Part shown: piece by piece, positions 36,707 through 46,561 of the stretch
Position numbering within the stretch: position 1 is the first letter of the stretch
Layout of the letters: every line of letters begins with the position of its first letter
Source: an uncultured Gemmatimonadales bacterium
GTDB taxonomy: Bacteria; Gemmatimonadota; Gemmatimonadetes; Gemmatimonadales; GWC2-71-9
Reading direction: 5' to 3'
Assembly: GCA_963828735.1 (NCBI GenBank)
Contig: CAWHFW010000005.1
Coordinates: 2,233,261 to 2,297,260, forward strand
Length of the DNA stretch: 64,000 nt
Notes under the pieces: model-generated
The model's input: the letters and a program-made list of their open reading frames with translations, nothing else
What the model was told of the DNA's origin: nothing
The model's database searches: none
Translations under genes and position numbers: made by a program

Positions 36707-38157
36707 TAGCGCGGGCCCCGCCGAGAGGGCGCGCCCGGGCGCCGGCGACGCGGCGTGAGCTTCACGTGGTCCGAGCGCAGCTCGTCGGGCGGTGTGAGAT
36801 ATCCCCACTGCAGCGCGCCTTCCTGCCGGTAGGTCTTGCCCAGCGTGATGGCGAGCTTGGCGCGGGCCAGCTCCCGTCCCAGATAGAACGCGTGGGTCGC
36901 CTCGTCCACGCCGAGCTGCGCGAAGATCTCCTGGATGTCGGTGCCGCGCACGAAGATCTCGTCGTTGAAGACGGTGATCGTGGTGCGGTCGGTGAAGATG
37001 CGGAAGTTGGGATCCTTGACGGCGGCGTGGAGCTGGCGGAGCTCGGCTTCGTCGTACTCGAGGATGACCGGGTCCTTCACCGTGACCAGTCGGTCGTCCA
37101 CGTTCTTGGGCAGCGTGCGCTGCCGGACGGCGTGGTACATGAGGCGGCGGGCGACGTCGATCTCGCGCACCGCGCCCCGTGCCCACGGAATCACTTCCGT
37201 CGTGAGCACGGCGCGGACGCCGGTCTCCTGGCAGATGGCGAGCAGCAGGGCGTGGACGCCGGTCGTGTCGGCGCTGGTGAGCTCGGTGATGTTGCCGACG
37301 CCCATCAGCTGCGCCGCGTCCGGATGACGACGGTGGATTTCGGCGTACCGCTCGAGCGAGGCGGTGAAGCCGAAGCCGATCGGCTCGATGACCGGATCGA
37401 TGAGGTATCCCACGCCCCACCGCTCGAGCGCCTCGAGCGTGGCGGACAGGGTATCGATCCCCTCGCCGAAGTCCGGAATCGCGACGACGCGCGCACCCGT
37501 GCCGGCAAGCGCGCGCGCGACGTCGCGGTTGGAGCCGTTGACGCTCAACACCAGCTCGGCGCCCGCCTCGACGGCCGCGCGGATCTCTCCCGGATCGAAG
37601 CTGTCCACGCTCACCCGCATACCCGCACCGCGGAGCTCGCGCACGATGTCGGGCAGCGCGGGAAAGGGAACGCCCGGGGTGCAGCCGAGGTCGATGATGT
37701 CGGCGCCGCTCGCGGCGAAGTAGTCCGCCGCGGCCCGAACCGCCTCGCGGGACAGCTTCGGGGCGTTGTTGATCTCGGCGAGGATTTCGATGTCGTACTC
37801 CCCGTAGCTCACCGCGGCCTGGGCGTGGCCGAAGTAGCGGGGAATCTCGCGGAGGTCCTTCGGGCCCCTTTCCACGGGGACGCCGTAGCGCTCGCGCAGA
37901 ACTTCGGTGTCGCCTTCGACGAGACCCGGCAGGAGCACCAGGTCGGTGTCGGGCGGCACCTCGAGGAACCGCGCGATCCATGGCGTCGTCATGAGCGCGG
38001 CCACGGTGATCTTCATGACCGCCACCGCCGCCTCGAACGGCGGCGCCATCTCGTCCAGGACACGCCGAAGCGCCGGCTCGGCGAGCCGGCCGGTGACAAA
38101 CAGGACTTTGCGGGGCGCCGCGGCTGGTGCTACCGTGGATCCCCCGGCCGAACCCAT
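36706..38157 (-). CDS. dihydropteroate-synthase-like pterin-binding protein (H4MPT biosynthesis type)
   Basis: ATG 38157. N-terminal extra domain followed by a pterin-binding TIM barrel (ADIIDLGCTPG, SVDSFDP, LMGVGNITE). Confidence 0.8.
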   Translation of the reverse strand: MGSAGGSTVAPAAAPRKVLFVTGRLAEPALRRVLDEMAPPFEAAVAVMKITVAALMTTPWIARFLEVPPDTDLVLLPGLVEGDTEVLRERYGVPVERGPKDLREIPRYFGHAQAAVSYGEYDIEILAEINNAPKLSREAVRAAADYFAASGADIIDLGCTPGVPFPALPDIVRELRGAGMRVSVDSFDPGEIRAAVEAGAELVLSVNGSNRDVARALAGTGARVVAIPDFGEGIDTLSATLEALERWGVGYLIDPVIEPIGFGFTASLERYAEIHRRHPDAAQLMGVGNITELTSADTTGVHALLLAICQETGVRAVLTTEVIPWARGAVREIDVARRLMYHAVRQRTLPKNVDDRLVTVKDPVILEYDEAELRQLHAAVKDPNFRIFTDRTTITVFNDEIFVRGTDIQEIFAQLGVDEATHAFYLGRELARAKLAITLGKTYRQEGALQWGYLTPPDELRSDHVKLTPRRRRPGAPSRRGPR

Positions 38158-38492
38158 TTGTTCGGCGTCCCCTCGAGCGCGCCACCCGTCGGTCGCCAGA
38201 GCGCGACCTCCTCGATCTTCCGCGCGAGCTCGAAGTCCTTGTCCGTGATCCCGCCGGCGGCGTGGTTCTGGAGCTTCACGGTCATCCGCCCCCACGTGAC
38301 CGACAGGTCCGGGTGGTGGTAGGCCGCTTCCGCCAGGTAGCCGACGGCGTTCACCAGCATCAGGGTCGTGGGCCATCCGTCGGTCTTGAACACCCGTCGG
38401 ATCCAGCCATCCTCGTAGTACCAGCCGGGCAGCGCCTTCAGCCGCTCGGTGATTTCTGCCTCGTCGTAGGTACGCTCTTTGGTCGCCGGCAT
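38130..38492 (-). CDS. phhB: 4a-hydroxytetrahydrobiopterin (pterin-4a-carbinolamine) dehydratase
   Basis: LPGW...F.F..W..A..F.N.V...AE...HHPD pattern (GYLAEAAYHHPDLSVTWGRMTVKL). Confidence 0.88.
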   Translation of the reverse strand: MPATKERTYDEAEITERLKALPGWYYEDGWIRRVFKTDGWPTTLMLVNAVGYLAEAAYHHPDLSVTWGRMTVKLQNHAAGGITDKDFELARKIEEVALWRPTGGALEGTPNKWVRPGDPR

Positions 38493-38519
38493 CTTGCTCT
38501 CCTTGCAGTGCGATTCCGT

Positions 38520-39269
38520 TTACATCACCACGCCACCGTTCACCATGATCATCTGTCCCGTCATGAACCGGGAATCGTCCGAGGCCAGGAAGACGGCTGC
38601 GCCGACGAGATCCTCTGGCCGGCCCCAGCGTCGGAGCGGCGTTCGCTCCGCGACGTCCCGGTGCCAGTCCTGGTCCGCCTGTTCGCCGAAGGCGGTCTCG
38701 ATGAAGCCCGGCGCGAGGATGTTCACCCGGATCGCCGGCGCCACCTGCCGCGCGAGCGACCTGCTGAAGCTCGCGATACCGCCCTTGGCCGCCGAATACA
38801 GGATGGGATTCTCACCGGCCATGCCGACGGATACGTGATCCCACGACATGTTGATGATGACGCCGCCCCGCTCGCGCATCGACTCTACCGCCGCCCAGGA
38901 GGCCAGGATGGTCCCGCGCAGATCCACGGCGAGCACGAGGTCCAGCTTCTCGCGCCGGGACAGACGGCCGCCGGCGCCGGTGAGGATATCGGCCCCGGCG
39001 TTGTTGATCCAGGCGTCGACCCGCCCGAGTCGCTCGCCGAGAGCGTTCGCCAGCGCGGAGACGTCAGCGTCCTGGCTGAGGTCCACCCTCAGCACCTCGG
39101 CGCGGCGGCCGAGGGAGCGGATGGTCTGTGCCGTCTCCTCGGCGCCCTCGGCGTTGCCGCGATAGGTCACCGCGAGGTCGGCGCCTTCGCGAGCGCAGCC
39201 TACGGCGATCGCGCGGCCGATACCGCTGGACGCGCCGGTCACCAGCACGATCTTGCCGTCCAGCCTCAC
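38520..39269 (-). CDS. SDR-family oxidoreductase
   Basis: TGASSGIG cofactor motif, NNAG, catalytic YSAAK. GTG start. Substrate unknown; the position next to pterin genes hints at a pterin reductase role (inference only). Confidence 0.85.
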   Translation of the reverse strand: MRLDGKIVLVTGASSGIGRAIAVGCAREGADLAVTYRGNAEGAEETAQTIRSLGRRAEVLRVDLSQDADVSALANALGERLGRVDAWINNAGADILTGAGGRLSRREKLDLVLAVDLRGTILASWAAVESMRERGGVIINMSWDHVSVGMAGENPILYSAAKGGIASFSRSLARQVAPAIRVNILAPGFIETAFGEQADQDWHRDVAERTPLRRWGRPEDLVGAAVFLASDDSRFMTGQMIMVNGGVVM

Positions 39270-39352
39270 GCCGCCTCCCCTCGCTCGAACCTGCGCGCTA
39301 ACTTCAAGAATCCCAACATATCAGGGCCATAGCAACTCACAAGGGAGTCCGG

Positions 39353-40084
39353 ATGCGGCTGTTGGTGAGCGTGCGATCGGCGGCGGAGGTCGGGACGGCG
39401 GTGGCGGGTGGCGCGCGGATCGTGGATGCCAAGGAGCCTGGGCGCGGGTCGCTCGGCGCGGTCGACGCCGGAACGCTCCGCGCGATCGCCGGCGCGCTGC
39501 CGCCGGGAGTGCCGCTCAGCGTGGCTCTGGGCGACCTGACGGCCCCTGCCGCGCTCGCCACTGCGCTTTCGGTGCTCGACCGCATCGTGGAACGCCCGGA
39601 GGAGCTGTACGTGAAAGTCGGACTCGCTGGCATCGAGCAACCATTCGCGGCGCGAGCGGTACTCGCGGCGGCAGTGGACGCGGCAGCGCGCACGCCGCTC
39701 CGGCCCGATGTCGTGGCGGTCGCGTACGCTGATCATGCCGGTGCCCGTGCCCTGTCACGCGAGGCGATTACGGCGCTGGCCGGCGAAACGGGCGCGCGCG
39801 GTGTCCTGATCGACACCTGGATCAAGGACGGCCGCGACATCTTCGCCTGGGCCACGATCCACGAGCTCGAGGACTGGGTAGGTCAGTCGAAGTCCCGCGG
39901 CCTCCTCACCGGGGTCGCAGGCTCGCTTACGGCGGATGGGGTGCAGCGAGTGGCCGCGCTGTCGCCGGATGTGGTCGGCGTGCGGGGCGCGGCGTGTTCC
40001 GGCGGCCGCCTGGGGTTGGTGGAAGAGCTGCGGGTTCGCGGGCTCGCCAACGCACTGAGAGAGCCAGTCGGCGGAGCGGTATAA
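39353..40084 (+). CDS. mfnB: (5-formylfuran-3-yl)methyl phosphate synthase (methanofuran biosynthesis)
   Basis: MRLLVSVRSAAEVGTAVAGGARIVDAKEPGRGSLGA... is a DUF556/MfnB-type TIM barrel. AAGGGAG SD upstream. Confidence 0.78.
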   Translation: MRLLVSVRSAAEVGTAVAGGARIVDAKEPGRGSLGAVDAGTLRAIAGALPPGVPLSVALGDLTAPAALATALSVLDRIVERPEELYVKVGLAGIEQPFAARAVLAAAVDAAARTPLRPDVVAVAYADHAGARALSREAITALAGETGARGVLIDTWIKDGRDIFAWATIHELEDWVGQSKSRGLLTGVAGSLTADGVQRVAALSPDVVGVRGAACSGGRLGLVEELRVRGLANALREPVGGAV

Positions 40085-40174
40085 CTTGTTGATACAAATG
40101 CAGTTTGTGGCAACTCAGCGCGCTTCTGCTTCGGCGGTTTTCGGGTTATATTCAGGCCAATCGCGGAGGCCCGA

Positions 40175-40477
40175 ATGCCCGACCCATTTCCCGATCTGAA
40201 TGCGTTCCCCATCGACCCCGTGCGCCTCGAGCGCTGCCTCGAGCTCCGCACCTTCCATCTGGATTCCGGTCGGTATCAAATCGTTGGGGGCGCCCAAACG
40301 CACTGGGTCGACCTGTTCTCCGCCGACGTTCCCCGCTGCGATTGCGGCGACCATCTGTGGCGCGAGCGAGCCTGCAAGCACATTCTCGCCGCGCTCTTGC
40401 GCGAAGGTGACGAGCGGGTGCTCGCTGCCTTGCGCGATCTGATCGCCTCCGCTCGAAGCCGTCCGCTCGCCGCCTGA
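40175..40477 (+). CDS. SWIM zinc-finger protein (small)
   Basis: CDCGDHLWRERACKHILA matches the CxCxnCxH SWIM signature. 100 aa. Confidence 0.65.
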   Translation: MPDPFPDLNAFPIDPVRLERCLELRTFHLDSGRYQIVGGAQTHWVDLFSADVPRCDCGDHLWRERACKHILAALLREGDERVLAALRDLIASARSRPLAA

Positions 40478-40602
40478 CGCGAATTGCCGGAAAGGCGCCA
40501 GGCACCCGCCTGCTGCGGCCCGTCCAACTGTCCGCCCCACAAGCTTTTTCGTCTCATGCCCCGTGGGGCATAAGCCTTGCCGACTGGCGCGACCGTGTTG
40601 GC

Positions 40603-43575
40603 GTGCAACGCGTTGCGCGCCACGGATCCGATCTTCCCCAAAGCGACGAGCTGAACCAGGTGACGCTAGCTCCGGCACCGCTGCAGAGCAGGTTCGGGCG
40701 ACGCCTACTCCTGCTCTTCGTAGGCTGTGCAGTGCTTCCGATCGCACTGGTCGCCGCCGTGTCCTACGGCCACATCACCCGGGAGCTTCGCAGTCAAAGC
40801 GAGGCCCGGCTGCATCAGGCCAACAAAGCCATGGGCCTCGCGCTGTATGAGCGTCTACTCCTGCTCGACGCCACGCTCAAGAGCATCCCGCCGCGTGTGC
40901 TCCGCCAACTTCAGACAGTCTCGGACCAGCCCGATGCGAACCGGATGCTCAACACCGGCCTCGACCTGCTCGCGAGCCAGCGATTCGTCGCGCTCGAGTT
41001 CGCGGACGATGACGGCACGCACCTCCCCGTCTTCGGCACGCTCGAGCAGCCGCCGGCGCTCACGGCCGCGGATCAGGACGACCTCGGTGCCGGCCTCCCG
41101 CTGATCCTGAGCCGACCGCGCGCCGGCGGGCCCGCGCGCACGTTCCTGCTGCGCCGGGTCGACCGGGCGGGCGAGGTTCGCGGCACGCTGATCGGCGAGG
41201 TGAGTCCGGAATTCCTGTGGGGAACGCTCGCCTCGAACCTCCCGTCGCCCAGTACGGTGATCGCGGTGGTCGCGGAACCCGGCGACACGCTGTTCCGTTC
41301 GACCCAGGCCGATCTCGTCTCGCAGGCGGATCCGATCACCGAAGCGGCGCCAATCGACCCCATGCCCGGGTCGGCGGCCTCGCCGGCCCGGGCGTTCGTG
41401 TCGTCCTCCTGGCCGGTGCTCCTCGACGAAGTCTTCGCGGCACCGACCTGGACGCTGGTGCTGAGCGAGTCGGAAGACGAGGTCCTCGGCCCGCTCGCGC
41501 GCTTTACTCGATTGTTCGGCTGGGCCGTCCTGCTCGCGGGTCTCGCCGTGCTGGTCCTGAGCGGCAGCCAGATTCGGCGAAGCCTGATCCCGCTGGTGGA
41601 GCTCCGGGAGGGAACGCGACGTATCGCGCACCGGGACTTCGGCAGCCGCGTCTCGGTGTCCAGCCGGGACGAGTTCGAGGAGCTGGCGACCTCGTTCAAC
41701 GCCATGGCGGTCGAGCTCGGGCGCCAGTTTCAGGCGCTCTCGACCGCCGCGGAGCTCGATCGCGCCGTCCTCTCGGCCACGGACGCCGAATCCATCGTGG
41801 ATACCCTGCTGTCCCGCACCCGCGACGTCTTTCCGTGCCACCTCGTCGGCGTAACGCTGGTGACGCCCGACGGGGGAAAGTCGCTGAATGGCGTGATGTA
41901 TGACTACTGCGACGAAGCACGCCACCCGACCCGTGTGGAGCTTCGCTCGGAGGACGTGCAGGACCTCCTCGAAGGACCCGACCTCGTCCAACTCGACGTC
42001 GAGGGTGACACGTTGCCGCGCTATCTCGAGCCCCTCGTCCGGCTCGGGCCGCGGACGGTCGTGGTGTTGCCGCTCCGATTCCGGCGGCAGCTCGTCGGCA
42101 TGCTCATGCTCGGCGATCGCAGCGGCACGTCCGCGCGTGCCGAGGAGCACGTGCAGATCCGCCGCCTCGCCGATCAGGTGGCCGTCGCGTTGGCCAACGC
42201 GCGGATGCTGGAGCAGGTCCGATCCCTGGCCTACTACGACAGCCTGACCGGGCTGCCGAACCGCCTCTCCTATAAGGAAAGGCTCGGGCAGGCACTGGAC
42301 CACGCGCGGCGGAACGGGAAGCTCGTCGCGGCCTTCTTCATCGACCTCGACCATTTCAGCCGGATCAACGACACGCTGGGCCACGAGGCCGGCGACCAGC
42401 TCCTTCAGCAGGTCGCGCTTCGCCTCCGCGCCTGCTGCCGGGACCGGGAAGACGAGGTCGGGCCGGCCCAGGCCGCAATTGCCGCCGACGTGGCGCGTCT
42501 GGGTGGCGACGAGTTCACGGTGATCATGCCGGGCCTCGCGAGCGCCGAGGATGCGGGCAAGCTCGCCCGCCGGATCCTCAGCACTCTGGCGCATCCCATT
42601 CCGGTCGAGGGCCAGGAGATCTTCGTCAACGCCAGCATCGGGATCGCGATCTATCCCGACGACGGTGAGGACCTCGAAACCCTCCTGATGCACGCCGACA
42701 CGGCCATGTACAAGGCCAAGGAGCAGGGGGGGAGCAGCTATCAGGCGTATTCACGGGCGATGAACGCGAGCGCGCTGCAGCGGCTCACGCTCGAGAACGC
42801 GCTCCGCCGCGCGATCGAGCGGGAGGAGTTCGAGCTGCACTATCAGCCCGTCGTCGATGCTCGCACGGGCGCGGTGGTCGGCGCCGAGGCTCTGGTGCGG
42901 TGGCGGCATCCCGAGCTGGGCCTGCTGCTCCCATCGGAGTTCATCGCGCTCGCCGAGGAGAACGGACTCATCGTGCCGCTCGGCGAATGGGTGCTCGAAG
43001 AGGCGTGCAGCCAGAACCGGACATGGCAGGGCGCGGGCCTCCCGCCCATTCGGGTCGTCGTGAATCTGTCCAGTCGACAGCTTCGCCGTTCGTTTCCCGA
43101 CACCGTCTCCAGCGTGCTCCAGCGCACCGGACTCGAGGCCCGTTTCCTCGGGCTCGAGCTCACCGAAAGCCTGCTGGTCAATCACCAGCGGGAGAACATG
43201 GACACGCTGCACGCGCTGCGTGCCACCGGGCTGCACCTGGCGGTCGACGACTTCGGGACCGGGTACTCGTCGTTCAGCTACCTCAAACACCTGCCGCTCG
43301 ACGCCCTCAAGATCGATCGATCCTTCGTCCGCGAGATCACGACCTCGCCGGACGACGCGGCCATCACGACGGCCATCATCGCGATGGCGCACGCCCTCAA
43401 TCTCAAGGTGGTGGGTGAAGGGATCGAGACGGAGGCGCAGCGGGCGGTGCTGGTGCAGCAGGGATGCGACGAGATGCAGGGGTACTTGTTCAGCCGGCCC
43501 GTCGTCGCGGAACAGTTGGCGCAGTTCCTGGCCCGGACGCCGGCGCAGCAGTCGCGGAGGTTGCGGACGGCGTAA
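40603..43575 (+). CDS. membrane sensor diguanylate cyclase/phosphodiesterase (periplasmic domain-HAMP-GAF-GGDEF-EAL)
   Basis: Two TM segments flanking a roughly 270-aa periplasmic domain. HAMP and GAF domains. GGDEF (RLGGDEF) and EAL (EALVRW...DDFGTGYSS...KIDRSF) domains. Start uncertain (GTG 40603 or GTG 40660). Confidence 0.9.
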   Translation: MQRVARHGSDLPQSDELNQVTLAPAPLQSRFGRRLLLLFVGCAVLPIALVAAVSYGHITRELRSQSEARLHQANKAMGLALYERLLLLDATLKSIPPRVLRQLQTVSDQPDANRMLNTGLDLLASQRFVALEFADDDGTHLPVFGTLEQPPALTAADQDDLGAGLPLILSRPRAGGPARTFLLRRVDRAGEVRGTLIGEVSPEFLWGTLASNLPSPSTVIAVVAEPGDTLFRSTQADLVSQADPITEAAPIDPMPGSAASPARAFVSSSWPVLLDEVFAAPTWTLVLSESEDEVLGPLARFTRLFGWAVLLAGLAVLVLSGSQIRRSLIPLVELREGTRRIAHRDFGSRVSVSSRDEFEELATSFNAMAVELGRQFQALSTAAELDRAVLSATDAESIVDTLLSRTRDVFPCHLVGVTLVTPDGGKSLNGVMYDYCDEARHPTRVELRSEDVQDLLEGPDLVQLDVEGDTLPRYLEPLVRLGPRTVVVLPLRFRRQLVGMLMLGDRSGTSARAEEHVQIRRLADQVAVALANARMLEQVRSLAYYDSLTGLPNRLSYKERLGQALDHARRNGKLVAAFFIDLDHFSRINDTLGHEAGDQLLQQVALRLRACCRDREDEVGPAQAAIAADVARLGGDEFTVIMPGLASAEDAGKLARRILSTLAHPIPVEGQEIFVNASIGIAIYPDDGEDLETLLMHADTAMYKAKEQGGSSYQAYSRAMNASALQRLTLENALRRAIEREEFELHYQPVVDARTGAVVGAEALVRWRHPELGLLLPSEFIALAEENGLIVPLGEWVLEEACSQNRTWQGAGLPPIRVVVNLSSRQLRRSFPDTVSSVLQRTGLEARFLGLELTESLLVNHQRENMDTLHALRATGLHLAVDDFGTGYSSFSYLKHLPLDALKIDRSFVREITTSPDDAAITTAIIAMAHALNLKVVGEGIETEAQRAVLVQQGCDEMQGYLFSRPVVAEQLAQFLARTPAQQSRRLRTA

Positions 43576-43600
43576 TGGCGGTTCTATGCGTTGCGGCCGC

Positions 43601-43618
43601 CGGAGGGACGTCCCTCCG
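43601..43618. terminator. palindromic hairpin between convergent genes
   Basis: CGGAGGGAC/GTCCCTCCG is an 18-nt perfect palindrome between the GGDEF-EAL stop (43575) and the kinase-fold gene stop (43630). No U-tract. Confidence 0.35.
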
Positions 43619-43629
43619 TAGGACCGGTC

Positions 43630-44199
43630 TCACCCTCTCCCCAACGCCTCCTCTACGCGCTCCCATCCGACCACCACGCAGGGCATCCCCGCCGGCCGCA
43701 CCGATTCGAAGCACGCATCGGTGAGCTCGGGGCCGGGCGCGCCGGCCGTCGGCTTGACCAGGATCAACCGCTCAGCGTCGAGCGCACCGGCCACGAACGC
43801 GGCCACGCTGTCACTGGTGGCATCCCACGTGTGTGGCAGGACGTCGGCCGCGCGCATCCAGCGATAGGGTGCGAGCACGGCGACGCCCGCGGTGCCGAGT
43901 GCCGAGGAGATCGCACCCGGCTCTTCCAGGAGTGGGGCGGGAATGCGCTCGGCAAGGACGTGCGCGTACTGATCCATCGCGAGGATCGCCATCCAGTGTG
44001 CCGCGTCGGCGGAGAGCCGCTCGACCCGCTCGAATTCGCGGACGGCGTCCGCGAACGGGCCGCCGCCTGGCACGACGAGGAGCCGCGTGCACCGGCCGGC
44101 TGCCGCGATGGCGGCACCTACCGCGTCGAGCGCGCCGGGGGTGGCGCTCAAACCGCCCCCGACCTTGATGACGGTGAGCCCTCCGTTCCCGCCGCTCAT
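43630..44199 (-). CDS. amino-acid-kinase-fold protein (H4MPT/methanofuran cluster associated)
   Basis: ATG 44199 (ATGA overlap). VIKVGGG...LVVPGGGPFAD... resembles the aspartate/glutamate/uridylate kinase fold. 189 aa. Confidence 0.7.
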   Translation of the reverse strand: MSGGNGGLTVIKVGGGLSATPGALDAVGAAIAAAGRCTRLLVVPGGGPFADAVREFERVERLSADAAHWMAILAMDQYAHVLAERIPAPLLEEPGAISSALGTAGVAVLAPYRWMRAADVLPHTWDATSDSVAAFVAGALDAERLILVKPTAGAPGPELTDACFESVRPAGMPCVVVGWERVEEALGRG

Positions 44200-45245
44200 T
44201 CGCTTCCGCTCAGCTCTGCCGCCAGGAGCCAGCCGACGGCGGCAGCCGGCGCCACGCGAGCCGCCGTCCCCAGCCGATCCGCGAGCGCGATGACCTCGAG
44301 GCCGACCCGGCGCGCGGCGTCCGCGGCGATGAAATCGCCCAGGCCGGCCACCACCGCCGCCTTCGCGCCCGGGGAGGCGGCGTGGACGCGGCGGAGGCCC
44401 GCGGCGACCAGGGCAACCTGCGCCTCGGCGATCGTGCCGGCGATGCGCGCGATCGCCTGCTCGTCCAGGATCTCGCGGTCGCCGCAGACGACGCGGGCCA
44501 ACCGCTCGCCCGCGTGCTCGCGGGTCACCGGTCGGCCGTCCGCGGTCGGCGCCGTATAGTCGTCCGGCGCGAGGGTACCGAGCCACACGTGGGCGTCACC
44601 GGTCGTCGCGAACCCTTCCGCCGACACCGCGGCCAGTCCATCCCAGAGGGGCACCTCGCGCACCAGCGCCTCGGCGGGCGTGCGAACCGCGCCGGTGTAC
44701 AGCAGCTCGCCGGTCAGCAGCCGCGCGGGATCGGTTCGACCGCGCGCGACGACTCGTCCGTCCGCGATCGGGATGATGTCGGTGGAGGTCGTGCCGATAT
44801 CCACGAGGATCGCGTCCGGGACGTCCCGGGCCACCAGCGTTGCCGTCGCCACCCAGTTCGACGCGCCGATCTCGAGCGGCCGGCCTCGCGCCTCCGCGGA
44901 GCCCACGAACCGGCCGTCCACCGTGAACACCCGGACCGGGTCGCGGGGGAAGGCGGTCGCCACCGCGTCCAGCACGAACGCGACGCCTTCCCGCTTGGTA
45001 CGAAAGGCCTGCGACAGCTCGGCCGTCATGGTGACGGCGTGCGGCCAGCCCGCCGCCCAATCGAGCCTGCGCGCCAGGGCCAGAAGCGTGTCGGCGAGCG
45101 CCGCAGGGTTGCGCTGGATCTCGAACGGAAGCGAGGCGCTCCGAAGCCCCGGAGCTCCGCCGTTTTGCCGCTCGACGCGTGCGGCCTTGATGTTGACCCC
45201 GCCGATGTCCCACCCGAGCACGGGGCCGCGCTCGCGACTGGTCAT
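44196..45245 (-). CDS. hydantoinase/oxoprolinase-like ASKHA protein (H4MPT-linked C1 transfer pathway type)
   Basis: LGWDIGGVNIKAA...VDIGTTSTDIIPI... shows ASKHA phosphate-binding motifs. This protein type is commonly found in H4MPT clusters. Confidence 0.78.
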   Translation of the reverse strand: MTSRERGPVLGWDIGGVNIKAARVERQNGGAPGLRSASLPFEIQRNPAALADTLLALARRLDWAAGWPHAVTMTAELSQAFRTKREGVAFVLDAVATAFPRDPVRVFTVDGRFVGSAEARGRPLEIGASNWVATATLVARDVPDAILVDIGTTSTDIIPIADGRVVARGRTDPARLLTGELLYTGAVRTPAEALVREVPLWDGLAAVSAEGFATTGDAHVWLGTLAPDDYTAPTADGRPVTREHAGERLARVVCGDREILDEQAIARIAGTIAEAQVALVAAGLRRVHAASPGAKAAVVAGLGDFIAADAARRVGLEVIALADRLGTAARVAPAAAVGWLLAAELSGSE

Positions 45246-45277
45246 TGGGCTTCGGTCCCTGATAAGTTGGGGTGACC

Positions 45278-46087
45278 ATGGACATCATTCCGGTGCTCGA
45301 TCTCGCGCAGGGCGTTGCCGTGCGCGCGCAGGCCGGCGACCGCTCGCGGTACGAGCCCACCGCCTCCGCGCTCGCCCCGGACGCGGTAGGCGAGCCCGTG
45401 CCGATCATGCGCGCCTTCCGGATGCGGCTTGGTGCCAGGTCGTGCTACATCGCCGACCTGGACGCCATCCAGGGCGGCGCCGTGCAGCGCGGCACCCTGC
45501 GGGAGCTGGCGCAGCTCGATACCGGGTTTGCCGGCGCGATCATGGTGGACGCGGGCGCGCACACGCCGGAGAGCACGTTCGAGGTGCTGGCAACCGGTGC
45601 GAGCCAGGTCGTGATCGGCCTCGAGACCCTTCGGGCGTTCACCGACCTTCGGGCCATCGTCCGGACGGTGGGCGAGCACCGCGTCGTGTTCAGTCTCGAT
45701 CTTCGGCTCGGGAGCCCCATCCTCCACCCGGCGATGCAGGATGCGGAGGGCGCGGTGCCCGATGCCCTGAGTCTGGCGGCCCAGGCCGCGGACACCGGCG
45801 TGGACGGTCTGCTGGTGCTGGATCTGGCGCGGATCGGAACCGGGTGCGGAACGGACCTGGGACTCATCGAGGCGCTGCGGAAGCGATTCCCCGACGCCAG
45901 ATTGATGGCGGGTGGCGGCGTGCTGGCACGGCGGGACCTCGACCGTATGCGGGACGCCGGCTGCGACGGGGCCCTTGTGGCGAGCGCGATTCACGCCGGC
46001 ACCATCACGGCCGCCGACCTGGCGGATCTTGCCGCCGGGCCGGTCGGGGCTCAGTCGCCGAGCGTTTCGCGGTACGTGGCGGACTGA
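45278..46087 (+). CDS. HisA/HisF-family TIM-barrel protein (H4MPT cluster type)
   Basis: MDIIPVLDL...YIADLDAI...VVIGLETL...LLVLDLARIGTG...GGGV. GTG 45272 is an alternative start. Confidence 0.8.
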   Translation: MDIIPVLDLAQGVAVRAQAGDRSRYEPTASALAPDAVGEPVPIMRAFRMRLGARSCYIADLDAIQGGAVQRGTLRELAQLDTGFAGAIMVDAGAHTPESTFEVLATGASQVVIGLETLRAFTDLRAIVRTVGEHRVVFSLDLRLGSPILHPAMQDAEGAVPDALSLAAQAADTGVDGLLVLDLARIGTGCGTDLGLIEALRKRFPDARLMAGGGVLARRDLDRMRDAGCDGALVASAIHAGTITAADLADLAAGPVGAQSPSVSRYVAD

Positions 46088-46551
46088 CCGTAGTTCTCCT
46101 CGACCTCCAGCTCCAGCAGCGTCAGGTGACTGTACCCGCTCCCGTTGAGCTCGTCCCTGACCCGGCCACCCAGATACTGCGCCAGCATCTCGGCCGTGCT
46201 GTTCTGGATGGGGAGCAGGGCGCAGTCGCGCCTCGGGAAGACGTAGGCCGGCTGACCGAAGTAGTCTACCCGCAGACGGTCGCCGTCCTCATGGAATGCC
46301 AGCTTGGGATTCTGGGTTGGAAGCAGCACCTTGTGGTCGATCTCATCCACGAACCGGCGCGCGACCTGCTTCAGCACGCTGAAGTCGAGCACGAAGAACG
46401 CTTCGGCATCCACGGAACCTTCCACCGCCACACCGACCCGGTAGTTGTGACCGTGCAGCGTCTCGCACTGGTGTCCCCGGAAGGTGATGAAGTGCGCCGA
46501 GGCGAAGACCAGATAATCCTTGCTGACCTGCACGCGGAAATGGCTCTGCAC
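46051..46551 (-). CDS. 6-pyruvoyl-tetrahydropterin synthase family protein
   Basis: FASAHFI...CETLHGHNY...LDFSVLK motifs of the PTPS/QueD fold. 37-nt convergent overlap with the HisA/F-like gene. Confidence 0.85.
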   Translation of the reverse strand: MQSHFRVQVSKDYLVFASAHFITFRGHQCETLHGHNYRVGVAVEGSVDAEAFFVLDFSVLKQVARRFVDEIDHKVLLPTQNPKLAFHEDGDRLRVDYFGQPAYVFPRRDCALLPIQNSTAEMLAQYLGGRVRDELNGSGYSHLTLLELEVEENYGQSATYRETLGD

Positions 46552-46561
46552 GACGATCTCC

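Noticed and set aside
46051-46087. A 37-nt overlap of the convergent HisA/F-like and PTPS-family genes.
   Set aside because: Both reading frames look intact to their stops. Convergent 3' overlaps of this size are common in compact high-GC genomes. I see nothing here beyond possible mutual transcriptional interference.
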